NCBI GenBank assembly: GCA_013115125.1 | Contig: JABANN010000329.1 | Span: 1-38,663 of the forward strand | DNA: 38,663 nt | Direction of reading: 5' to 3' | Source: Perkinsus olseni | Taxonomy: Eukaryota | Shown here: one piece after another, positions 21,140 to 32,648 of the stretch | Position numbering within the stretch: the first letter of the stretch is position 1 | Layout of the letters: each line of letters starts with the position of its first letter | Position numbers and translations under genes: made by a program | Notes under the pieces: generated by a model | The model's database searches: none | Seen by the model: the letters and a program-made list of their open reading frames with translations, nothing else | What the model was told of the DNA's origin: nothing

Positions 21140-24025
21140 CGTTACTAACAAAATTGCAATTCCGCTGCCCGAAAGACAGCATGGCAACTTCCTACAAGGC
21201 AGGGCCATGGAATTATTGCTACCATGACCACTAATACGATCGCCCAGCATCGCTGGTTGGGCACCGCGAAGATTCTAGTAAATGAATTGCCACACAGATT
21301 AATCAGCATCATACCACGTCACGCCTCAACATCACTACGCAGCACTCAATAACCTCGTCAAAGGGCAGGAAGTCGAACAAGCCCAAGTCCAGAACTCTGT
21401 GGGATATGCTCAACAACCTGCGATGCAAAAGTAAACTACTCCACCCAACGAACGGAACAACTCGTGTCCAACAGGGTTTCATAGTATTCTTCCGATACTA
21501 CCTTATATCACGCCTCACTGCTGCGGTGTATTCACTAATGTACATTATGCAGGGTACTGTACTCAGGTAGCTACGAACTTCATCTCCAATGCCGCTGGTT
21601 TCAACCGTCACAACCGCCTGAAGCACACCCGCCTACCAGCCGATCACCTAGAGAAGGTGCAAGTACCAGCAGGAGAGATCAGAATAGCAACAGCGCTTCT
21701 AAAGTCCATAGCCGTTGCTTACCATGTCGAATTCATGCCCCCTGAGCACTTCTATTTTACTCGAAGGACATCCCCTTACGATCTTCACCTTCCCCACCAG
21801 CGAATTCAATCTTAATTTACCCCATGCAGCTGCAACCTTACCCTTGTGCCCTTCGACTACGCACACGGAATCTGAACGCAAGCCATCACGACAGGCCGCC
21901 AGATTTTGAACCGACGCTCAACGCTCCAGAACCGGACGGGTCAACGGCTATGGCCACTCACTAACAGAAAAAACTCTCGCACTTCCCGCACGCGACACCA
22001 AACCGCTTACAATGAATCGAGGATGGGATATAACAACAGAGGCATGAAGAGGCGGTCGACTCGAGACAACCTCTTGAGTGAATGATACCTAGTTGCACTT
22101 CACTATAGCGCAATGAACGAGCAGCAAGGCTAGCCCTAAGCCCAAGCCGCCAGAGAATGCGCCTTCACCATGCGGAATACAGTAGCGACACAGGTAATAC
22201 ACCAACTTACCATCGAAAAGGTTCCCGAGGGCGACAGCGTACAGACTAGTACTACGGGGGATCTCAAGTAGCTGACGGCGACCACGGACTGGCAGAAGAA
22301 ACAGACACTTAATTGCAGTACGAACCTACAGGAAACACGCACTGTCCATCACAAGGCCCTACCAATAGCCCAGTTACCATCCAATTGAGTTTCCGACTCT
22401 CGACGGCGGAGTTGGCCACTGCTCTGAAGCCATCCTTAAACCTCAGTCGGATATCCGAATGCAAATCCCCGAGATGATAGTACTCGGTGACGAATGCATC
22501 GCGGGTCTGAAATGAACTCTCGCTCGCCCATGTATCTTCCGAAACCGCTGAAGATACTTAAAACGGTAGGATTCCCCTCACCTTTCTCGAGCGCCGCGAA
22601 TCCCGCTCACTGCTTCGACCATGACACAATTCATCACTCGACCGGCTCAGCGCGCCATTGCAGCCCGCCGCGGAAGTGGTGGAGGCCAGCCGGGATCTCT
22701 TGCCATTCACGATAACGTCGACGACCACTCGCTTAAGCTCAGCCGAGGACGACTGTACTGCAGCCTGCAGTGAGCCCTGAGACAGAGACAGTGCCTGCCC
22801 CGCCGGGACTTGATTCAGCCCGAATCAATCACACGAGAGAAAACAAGTTGGTCAGATAATCCGTTCAGCCACCCCGTCTGAAGCCATCCATTCACTGCGC
22901 TAATGCAGGTCACGTTGCTGGGTCAGCCTTGATGATGCCAATACGCTCAGTGAATGCTTGTCCCAGAAATTGAACCCTCGACCTCAAAATTGCAGCAAGA
23001 GTATAGCCATTACCCCAAAACCAGCCCAGGAGACCATAAGCCGTACCTCTGATACCGTCTCTGCCACTCCGTTCTCCAAGTGAACAGTGATGAGCATCTC
23101 CCCAGCGTTGGAGCACAGAATGATCGACACCTTCCCCTCGACGCCAGCCAGGTGTTTCCGAATCTGATTCAACCATTCCTATTACACCCGCCTTGCGTCA
23201 TCCTCACCTGCGGCATGCACTGGACGATAACCGGGTGATACACTCGACTCAGCAGCTTCGACGTTTCTCTCACTGCCTGCGCACACCAGTCGCAAGGGGA
23301 CCCCTCAGCACTCCTCCCACCTCCTCCCTTCCCACTAGCTCCCCGAGGACCAAGTCGCCCCCGGTGCCCGGCACTATATGCAGCACGCACAGGCAGCGGT
23401 AGTGGAAAGCCTCCGATCTCAGAACGGTGACCTGACCTTGACTCAGTCGACACCATCCTGATGACCGTCACCATAGTCTCTACCTTCTCCATAGTACTCT
23501 CCTCGGAAGGCCTCGGCTTTCTTCTGACGTGGCAGCAGTCGCCGAAGCCCTTGAGCGTAGCCACCCCCCAAGTGACTTCCATCAAGTATGGTAGTCGTTC
23601 CAATACACCCATGCAGCTCCTCTTAGCACACTCTAGAATACCTACACCTAAGCACTCTCCACGAAGCCACCACGTCGCGCTGGTGAGTGTAGCGCACCTT
23701 CCTTCGTCTCCTCAGGCCACAGGAACGATGTCGCCTCGGCATGGTCGTCACTACCGTCACGATGATAGCTCTTGAGGTACGCCCTCAATGCTGATGTCAC
23801 GATACCAACTTTTCGCTGCAAATGGGCGTTATAGACCGTGATCGAGACCTGCCTAGAAGAACTTAGCGGGAGAAAATCAATCCAGACGCCCAGCTGAAGC
23901 TAGGATAAGACCCGCTCACTAGATGCGTTCGATAAACACCTTCCTCTTACCTCATCGGCTAAGTAGGCCTCTATTTGAGCGGTCGTGAGTTCATCGCCCC
24001 AGCCCTGGCGAGCACTGGTGGGCAT
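21140..24025 (-). CDS. Multi-exon hypothetical protein(s); 3' end approximate
   Basis: ATG at 24025 (MPTSARQGWGDELTTAQIEAYLADE) followed by GTAAG; many short open segments bounded by minus-strand GT..AG sites; no domain recognised. Confidence 0.45.
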
Positions 24026-24140
24026 GGAAAAGGCAGAAGCCTGACGAGCCCTGTGTCCACTACATTAACACAACAGCACAGTCTGGTAGTTGGATTAGTA
24101 TATAGAACGCTAAAGATGCTATAATGCTATTATTAAAGAC

Positions 24141-24192
24141 AGACGACGACGACGACAGCGATGATGGTGATGATGATTCTTGATGATGATGC
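24141..24192. repeat. Imperfect (GAC)n/(GAT)n trinucleotide tract
   Basis: gacgacgacgacgac...gatgatggtgatgatgat...gatgatgatg, just downstream of the GYF gene. Confidence 0.7.
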
Positions 24193-24291
24193 CATCAGAT
24201 AGTACACAGAATCCACACAAACCTCTTCCTCCACAACCACAATGACCACCACAATCACGACCAATTTTCGGATAAAGTTCGACCAGCCATC

Positions 24292-25227
24292 TCACGATCG
24301 GGGAGCAGATGATGTTGCCGGCCCTTGAGCAGTCCTTCGAGCCCTACTGGAGATCAGTGCAGCACAGGTGACGATAACCTGAGCTTCGCTCAATTTAGTC
24401 GAGAATGGCTGATGGCCGGGACCATAGAGCTCGCCCAGCCTGATGAAAGGACCTCCTTCCCTAATAGTAATCTCCAGGTCGTGCGTGAAGTAACCCTTCT
24501 CATACCAATTCCGCATCTCCCCAAACGTGAACGGTCCCCGTTCGACACCCCGAGGGTCCTTGTACCGCCAAAGCTTGTGGCCCGCAGGTATCGCATTAGA
24601 TGCTCTGGTGATCGCCTCCACCCTCTGCTGCAGGGACAACTTCTTCGCAATCTCTTCCTGCTTAGCGGCGTTTTTCTTCGTCCATTCCTCATAGTCCCTC
24701 TCCGCCTGAGCCCGCATCTCCTGCTGAGTCGCAACCGCCCTCGCAGCCGCAGCGGCCGACGACGACATACTCGACGAGCCATAAAACTGGCCGGGGATGA
24801 ACTCTGCCGCGTTCGCTGACAGCTCTTTCCTCTGACCTCTTCCACCACCCAACGCCGTCGCCGAGGCAGCACTCCTAGAACCGGTGGAAGTACTGTTATC
24901 GTTGATGCTCAGCAGTAGGGCTTTCAACTCTCGATTGATGCTAGTGTCGTAGATGTCGATGTCGTCGTTCTTTTGAGCATACACCAGCTTGTCTAGCTCT
25001 GCTTCCGTTAGTCTATGGAAGGTCTCACCGGAGCTTGAAGCCTCAGCGGCCCTGCTGGGAGCTTGCTGAGTCTGCTGTAGAGCGGCTAATGTCGCTTGAT
25101 ACGACGGACCCTGCTGCTTGGCTGCCGGGGCCGCGGCCGGGGGTGCCTTGCTGGGCTCGGAGGAAGTGTCACCGTTGGTCTGAGTACCACTGCTGGCATC
25201 GCTGGGAGAAGATTGATCTTGTCCCAT
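24292..25227 (-). CDS. Intronless GYF-domain protein with PAM2 motif and predicted N-myristoylation site (311 aa)
   Basis: WRYKDPRGVERGPFTFGEMRNWYEKGYFTHDL is a GYF consensus; KELSANAAEFIPG is a PAM2 consensus; the N-terminus is MGQDQS. Confidence 0.9.
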   Translation of the reverse strand: MGQDQSSPSDASSGTQTNGDTSSEPSKAPPAAAPAAKQQGPSYQATLAALQQTQQAPSRAAEASSSGETFHRLTEAELDKLVYAQKNDDIDIYDTSINRELKALLLSINDNSTSTGSRSAASATALGGGRGQRKELSANAAEFIPGQFYGSSSMSSSAAAAARAVATQQEMRAQAERDYEEWTKKNAAKQEEIAKKLSLQQRVEAITRASNAIPAGHKLWRYKDPRGVERGPFTFGEMRNWYEKGYFTHDLEITIREGGPFIRLGELYGPGHQPFSTKLSEAQVIVTCAALISSRARRTAQGPATSSAPRS

Positions 25228-25649
25228 AGGGGGAACACAAACTGAAAGCAGGTTGAAGGAGGGACGGTATCTTCTGAAAGATTCCCGACAAGGGTGACCT
25301 CCCGTTATATAGAAGATGCTGAGGAGGCCGCTGCCGGCCCCGAGTCAGCAAGGAGCGCGATGCGAACGACCGAACGCATGAACACGAGTACGAATTCGCT
25401 TGGGTAATTCCTCGAGACTCCGTGCAGGTACAAGGATACGATGTTCCGCCATCATCAACCTTCGACCTAAGATGCACACAGTGAAGATCCGGCTGACGGG
25501 ATATAGAACCAAGCAGACGAGGGAATGGGACCCATATAGCGAGCCCCGAGCCGAGCAGCGGCCACTCACTTGCTTTCTCATGAGATCTTCACTTTCCTAT
25601 CGAAGGTCCCCGGTTCGATCCTAGCTCCGGTATTTTCGACCATCATCTG

Positions 25650-28260
25650 GCTGTGCAAGATTCTTCCACAACGTATCCCAGGTTGATGTTGTTCGCCAAC
25701 CATGTTCAACCGACATTTCAACCGGACCCCCGACGGTTCTCATTAGGCGAGCAACGGGCCCAACTGGTGCTCCTCCCTAGTACCCTTCCGTCCTGGACGG
25801 CTGCTCTCCCTTCAGGTGCCTTCGACCGGACCAGCAGCCCCACCTAAAGCAGCAAGCGCTTCCAAAGTTCCTAAGAGTAGCGGCATCATTGACAGGAAAA
25901 ATCTCAACTTTCCTGTTTTTCTATCAGTTCCGATTGACTTAACCCGACGCCTCATCTTCCCGAGCCACGTGGAGACTCCTCGTAGACCCGCGGCTCCTGA
26001 AGATTCTGCGTTGCCCAGGCAGGCTCGAGAGGAGACCACTAAGCTGCAGCTTACTAGGTAGTAGGGATGGCTGAGGATATCTGAACTACCCTATATTACG
26101 GAGGCCCTACAATAAGCGTAGAACTCCGAGAAGGGCTGTTGGCTTAGCTTGCCGGGTTCTGGTTGGGAGCCCCGGTCCTCCAGCTTCATGGGCCAGGAAA
26201 GTTTTGCACAAATCACATCAGTTTCGACCAATCCCTGAGAATGGTTCGAGACTCATCAGTCAGCAGTACGGGTGACTAACTCGACTTGATATCGTCAGGT
26301 TGAGATCGCGGGTCGTGGCCGAACAGCAGGCATCGGAAAGGCTTTCTAGTCAGACCAAGACTCTGGAGACCGATCTCAAGGCCCAAGAATGGGCGGCCCA
26401 GGGTAGGACTACGACGGAGCTCAGCAGCTTCATGCGGCTTGCTATGGGTTCATGCAGATTGCTCCGAGGAGTTGGAAGTGGCAGAAGAAGCCGCTAAGGT
26501 GGCGCTGTCGGAGAGTATCTTCCTCCAGAGGAAACTGTGCGAGATATGCCGGCATTTGGAGGTCCGGGCTGCGTTCGAGGAGTCGATTCAAAAGGCCCCT
26601 GATTTCGAATGTAACCGGCTGGACCTTCGGTAATATCCTCTACGCCCATGTCGTCTGATGGCGGTCTGTTGTTAGACTCACCGGCCCCCCACCCAGTAGC
26701 CGTTCGACCGTCTATGAGCACAGTAGGGGTCTGGAAAGCAGCTCCAAGTAGGATGGAGGAGTGCTGTAGTGTGTATGGTGGTGTTTCAGCACGTCTGTCG
26801 ACTCCCAGGCCTGCCGAGCACCCCCTCCACTGGTGAGGTTCTCTCGCTGCGTTGTTGTACTCTCGACCCGTGGGTGATGGTTAGGTCTCTGGACAGGCCG
26901 ATGCTGATGATGAGTTCTGGGCGGCACTTAGGCAACAGATAAATAACATCGATCATTGGCTCCGTCCTGGCAAGGGCAGCAGCAGAAGACACAGTCTTTA
27001 CGGTAGTATGAAGGGCTCCAGACGACAATACCTGATTTTGGGTAACTCACGAGTGACCGCCAGATTCTCAGGGCCACTCTCGGCTATCGGTCACTCGAAT
27101 GCCCCTAGTTGTGGCTCGTCATCCCCTCGGCTCAGGTGCCCGGCCAGTACAGCAGGCGTCGGAGTCCTCAACATACGCAGTCTTAGTGGGGACAGGGAAG
27201 TCTGCATCGTCCATCAGACGGCAGAGTATTCCACTGAGGACCCAGCTACAGAACGCCCTCGAGTCTAGCAGTATCATGTGCGGTAATATCAGGTTGCTGA
27301 GTCAGCTCCACGCCAGTCTTCCGCTGCTGGATTCAACGCTCTTGGCAAAAAATGCTGTCTTGCAAATTTCTGCGCAATCACATCCGACGAGCACTGTCGT
27401 GCGTCCCCTGTAGAGTCCTTGACCCGCCTCCAAACGTACCGTGTCCGACCTCGTAATTTATTCCCTATTCCCCTAGAAGGTGTCCCCTAGGGGAAGGCGC
27501 TGGAAGGCGATATCTCCTACGGCAGTACTCGCCCTTTATGTTCTAACTGGCGTGGTCAGTCCGATGGAGTCGAACCAATTCATTCAACGTTATTCTCATC
27601 AGCTGTTTTCAAAGAAACTCTCACGAGGTTTAGAGCTCTTCCGCTCCTCATGCGAGTATCAATAATAGTCACTCTGTTCGGTGTACGTTATAATGATTGT
27701 TCTCAGCACGGACTGCTATGCTCATTTCCAAGCTCGACGGTCGGTCCCAATCCTCACCTGAGGTAACAGTGGCTTCTCGGCAACCAAGGTAAGGCTACGT
27801 GCGGATCGCTGGCCTCATGCGAGCCATGCGATGCTCCTGCCAGCATCGTTTCGAGCAGTCGACAGGTGGTAGAAGATGAAGGCAGCGGGTCGGAAAGCTG
27901 GGTAGGAGTCGGGGGCCTTCCTAACACGCTATGGTGTCCACCGTACAGACTCCGTATCATTGTGTGAACGATCGCCCCGCCCTCTCATCGCCGGAGAGAC
28001 TCGCAGACGAGTCACTCTGTTCGATCGCCTTCCGCGTCACTAGCAGAGGCCGATGTTTGATTGCAGGTTGCGGCCGCGCCGTACGGCAACCCAGAGAATG
28101 TCACAACAAGGATGATCTCGGATGGGTCTTCCTCGACCAGCCAGCATATGGTAAAGCCTCGGAGCGGGGGCTTCGTCCATAAGGTCTTGGCATCAGGCCC
28201 ATCGTTTGGCCTCCGGGACGCCATCACTATCTACGGGCAGCGGCTCGGTGAACACTAAGT
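25650..28260 (+). CDS. Multi-exon hypothetical protein(s) with coiled-coil segment; boundaries approximate
   Basis: Spliceable segments LRSRVVAEQQASERLSSQTKTLETDLKAQEW and SEELEVAEEAAKVALSESIFLQRKLCEI; Ser-rich exons downstream. Confidence 0.4.
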
Positions 28261-28552
28261 GAGTAGAAATAACTATTGGGCTTCGCTCCGCCAACGGAAT
28301 TTTCTCCGATTTCGACGGAATACGCCGTGAGGCTGCTTCCTCCCTTCTCAGGGTGTCGTCCATCGGCGGCGTCGGCTTTGGCCACGTCTTCCCGCCAGCC
28401 GTGGCAGGTCTGCCAAGAAGGGCGTCCTACGCGTATCGTTAGCCCCATGAGGTCTTCACATGCGGTGTCCTCCAAGAGATGTGCCTGAGCAGCCCAGTTG
28501 CGTTGTAGTGTAAATGAGCTTGCGGGCTTGTCCTGAGTCGTATATCATCACC

Positions 28553-31500
28553 ATGGCGGCTGCCGCAACCGAAGCAAGGCCCTGTGAGGCGAGAGGCGAG
28601 GACCTCGTCGAAGGTGGTATCAGCGGATATAGTGGAGGGTGATGATTCATGCGTTGTTCAGCAGTGGATGCCACACCGGAGCTGATAGGGTCTATTATGA
28701 ATCCTGATGATGATGAGGTCTTGGAGAGGGTCGCGGAAGAGGGGTTCGAGGAAGGTGGTACCCCGGAGTTTATCAGATGGTCCACGGCTGTGTGTCATCC
28801 GCCTACTCGCATCGCCCTCCTATCGAGTATTGGCCATCCTCTCAGACGACGACCTGGATGGGGACGATCCTTTGGGTGATATCGACGCACTTCTGCAGGA
28901 GAGACGGGATCTAGGCAGGAAACATCTGAGAGGGCGGAGGCCACCGCCATACCGAATCACCGGCGTTGAGCGATTGCAGTACTGTTGGTGTAGGGTCGGG
29001 GGATAGGAGATCGCCACTTGAGGCCGAAGTCAGAGTCCGCCCGCCGGTAGTTGATGACTTCATACGCAACTTCTTCATCAAGTAAGTTCGCAAGGGCCGG
29101 CCTAACGTCGAAGATGGCCTCCTCGGCATATGAATTTCTGTGCTCTCCCCGCCGGGGTTGCCTTGTCAGTGGTAGCGCTCCCGAACTCTGCAGTACTATT
29201 CGTGAAGGGGGTATCATTGTGGCTTGATGAGGTCGCCCTCATTCCTGAGTTCGCTGCTTTTCGGTCTGCTCCAGGCACGGCCTCAAGCGATCATTGGATG
29301 CCTTCCAAAACGAGTGGTACAGCTTGCAGCTCTCTGGCAAGCTCAACCCTGCAGCCATGGACGATGAGACTGTCCCGGACTTGTAGTGCCGAGCTGGTTT
29401 GATAACCGAGCTCGCGGTTGTTCTACTTCGAGGATCGTGTGCCAGATATCTCCGCAGTCAGCAGCTCATGGACGTCATCAGGGCGCAGGAGGCAGAGATG
29501 AAGAAGCTGCGGATAGTGGCGGAGAATGCTAAGTAGGCCATTGTAAGGGACGCCCGGGCTTAGTCGTCCAACCTCGCTTTGCTGGGAGGTTGGGTTATCG
29601 CGCGACTCGGCCACCCAACCCTCCAGCAAGGTGCGCCTTTCTTTCGCGTCTTTTGGGAACAGTGGTAGTATGCCCGTACAATGGTCCTCAGGAGCCTTTT
29701 CGATAAGCTCCGACAGCAGAGGGACTTCCATAGGATGCATCATAGAAGGGTGGTCCAGGAGAAAGAGAAATTGATAAGTACCTCCATCGGGGTGGTCGAG
29801 GGGCCTGAGTCGGCCGTCGCAGGCGACTTCAAGCGATTGCGATCGCACTATGAGCAGTACGAGCCGACCCTAACGGAGCTTCGACACAAGTACGAAGTGG
29901 CTATGAAGGAGAAGTTCCTCCTCAAAATGGAGCGGGATAGATACGTAGGCCGAGCGTGGACGCAGGCATACCGGCGGCCGGCGGGTTTGAGTGTCGACGA
30001 CTATCGAGTAGTCGTCGAGTTATTTGCATCGCTAGAATATGACATTTCGAGATTCTAGTAGAGCAATTGCGTGCCCAACTGAGCAGTTGGGTCAGCGTTT
30101 AGTAGTCTGAGCAAACTGCTTGGTTGGTGACATGCGGCTGGGTAGCTAGAGGTGTCAGAAAGTTTGGTCTCAGATGGCGAGGGCATCAGCATTGGAGAGG
30201 CAGATTGACGAATCAGGGCCGACCGAGGGTGTTACCGGAGAGCAGAGCGCTGGTGGGTGATGCGCGGGGTTTAGCCATGTCTAAATATTGCAGATGGACC
30301 GTCCGGCCGGTCCGCTGCTGGTGGGGCGGGTCCTTCTGGGGAGGTCTCGTCACAGCGGAGCCCACGGGCAGGGAGGAAAGGGGATACACCTTGGCCGACT
30401 GAGGTGAGTTTATTGGGACTATCACAGCTGCTGTTGTTGAATGGGCTCTCAGGCAGCGGCACGTCAGGCAGCCGCTGACTTCACACAGAGGATGGGCGAG
30501 GATCCCCCTGCTATGGACGTGGGAATTGCGGAGAACTGCCCTAGCCGGGGATCGAACCTCCGACCTACAGGTTACCAGCCTCCGTTTGGCGAGAACGTTC
30601 AAGGCTCACGATGAAGGTCTGTGTAAAGTGGCGCTTCATCCCAGAATCCCCATGGGTGAGCTTATGCCTCCTCTCGGTCCGTCGGCTCGAGTCCCTTGTT
30701 CAGTCGCCACCACCTCGGACGACGGCACGTGGAAGCTGTGGTCCTTGCCTGATGGCGAGGTACAAATGCACGGCAAAGGGCACAAGGCAAGCCGACCTTG
30801 ATGGCCGAGAGAAGAGGATTTCCATGGTCGTAGGCGTTCGTATCGGATCTGGCGTTCCATCCGGAAGGCTCGGTGTTCGTCACCACCGGCGGTGATCGCA
30901 CTGTGAAGGTTTGGGACGTCATTAAAGTAGGAGAAGTGGCAGCTGGCTGTGGCTGCTGGTATGCTGAGCCTCAGGAGATGTGCCTGGCGACGCTGACGGA
31001 CCACAGTGAGACCGTGTGGAGTGCCGACTACCACCAGTCAGGGGGGTTCTTTGCTACTAGCAGTACGGATCAAACAGTGAAGATCTTTGATAGCAAGGTG
31101 ACGTGTGTGCAGTCGAGTGCTGGACTCCAAAAGGCTGTTTCCGTTAGAGCCTTCGGTGCCGCCAGACCCTTCGCGGCCATGTAGATGCTGTCAACACTGT
31201 GCAGTTCCAACCGTAGGTCACCTGTGCTTGGCAGTCCCTCCCTCCCCTCATGGCCGAATGCAGGTTCACTGGTAATTTAGCTACGGCCTCTGCAGACAAG
31301 ACAGCTTCCATCTGGGATATGAGGACCGGCCTATGCGTGCAGACTTTCTACGGCCACCGCAACGCCCTCAACCATGCCCGCTTCGATAGGAAGGTGGGAA
31401 CGTCGAATTGTCACACCTACTCTTGCTATGTTCGCAATCGGGTCGTCATTCTCTTCATTGCGCCCGATAACATTGTTCGAGGCTTTACGCCTAAGTATTC

Positions 31501-32531
31501 GCCATCGAGTAACCGTCCCCCTGGGCAACAAGTGTATGAACATTGTAAATGAACCGCGCTGATACGGTCGAGTCTTCGACTCGACTGCTCAGCCACGGCA
31601 AGGGGATCATCATTATTCTGCTTCCTTCATAGCGCCGTATGGAACGACTGTGAGGAGAGAAACGGCACAGTGAGAATGCTTCGTGATCATCTCAGTCAAT
31701 ATACCGAGTACACTATAAACGAGGTATTGACTCAGAAAACGTAGCATAGTTCGAGTGTGCTGTTTCTATTGTCCGTGCTCTGTGGAACCGCACGTGGAGG
31801 AGTTGTGGTCGCCATTCGTTATCTACTAATAGGTATCAATAAACTCTATTGATTATTAATATAATTAATCTTTTGTTATTAATTATTTCCACACACTTAT
31901 TGAATAAAGTCATCTTGAGTACTTGTAGTCGTATATATCTATTCATCGCGAATTATTGATGGTCCAAAGTAGACCGCAGCTTGATTGTTCTCCCTTCGGG
32001 TAGGGTATGTATCTGGCTTCAGCGGACGCTGATGGTATAGTGAAGGTGTGGGACCTTCGGATGGTGGCTGAGATCCTGCAGATAGACACTGGCAATATGC
32101 CGGCCAATGAAGTTGATTGGGATACTAGTGGAAAGGTGGATTCTGACTCAGGTCACCTGAGTCAACATCGGGATACCAGTTTATATTCCTAGGTCATTGC
32201 TGTGGCTTCGATGGACTCTTCGGTGAAGTTATTCGACGTCTGGGAGAAGAAATTCCTAATAGCCTTAGAGGGCCACGAGGACTCGGTGAGTCGGATACGC
32301 GGAAGATTCTTGTTCGAAATCTTAATCATCTTCATCGGATACTTGGCATCAACGGAGGTCCTTCTGTTCGGGTGCTGCCGAGTCGGCGATCCACACTGCT
32401 GCTGTTGCTGCTATTCTTCGTCTTCCTCGCTCAAGGTCCAGTCTGTGTCGTTTGAGAGTGGTGGCGAGCCTCCTAGCCGTTATTTGGTATCTGGTAGTAT
32501 GGACGGCACCTTCCGTCTCTGGCAGGGCTAG
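28553..32531 (+). CDS. PF20: Flagellar central-pair WD-repeat protein PF20/SPAG16; multi-exon
   Basis: Diagnostic VVDDFIRNFFIK, SLDAFQNEW, RDFHRMHHRRVVQEKEKLI, KRLRSHYEQYEPTLTELRHKYEVAMKEK, then WD40 repeats (ATTSDDGTWKLWS, ATASADKTASIWDMRTGLCVQTFYGH, ASADADGIVKVWDLRMV), ending SGSMDGTFRLWQG*. Confidence 0.93.
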
Positions 32532-32648
32532 CATGATGATCGTCATGAAGATTGTGTCTACCTACTTCGTTGCTTTGTGCTGTATCTCGCGACGGGGGTT
32601 GTGTTAAAGCAGTTGGGCGAGCGCCTGTGGCCTTCAGTGACAACCATC

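Noticed and set aside
21700-21900. WD40 repeats suggested by VVEGHKG and VLRGHE
   Set aside because: No following WD-type strands in a consistent frame.
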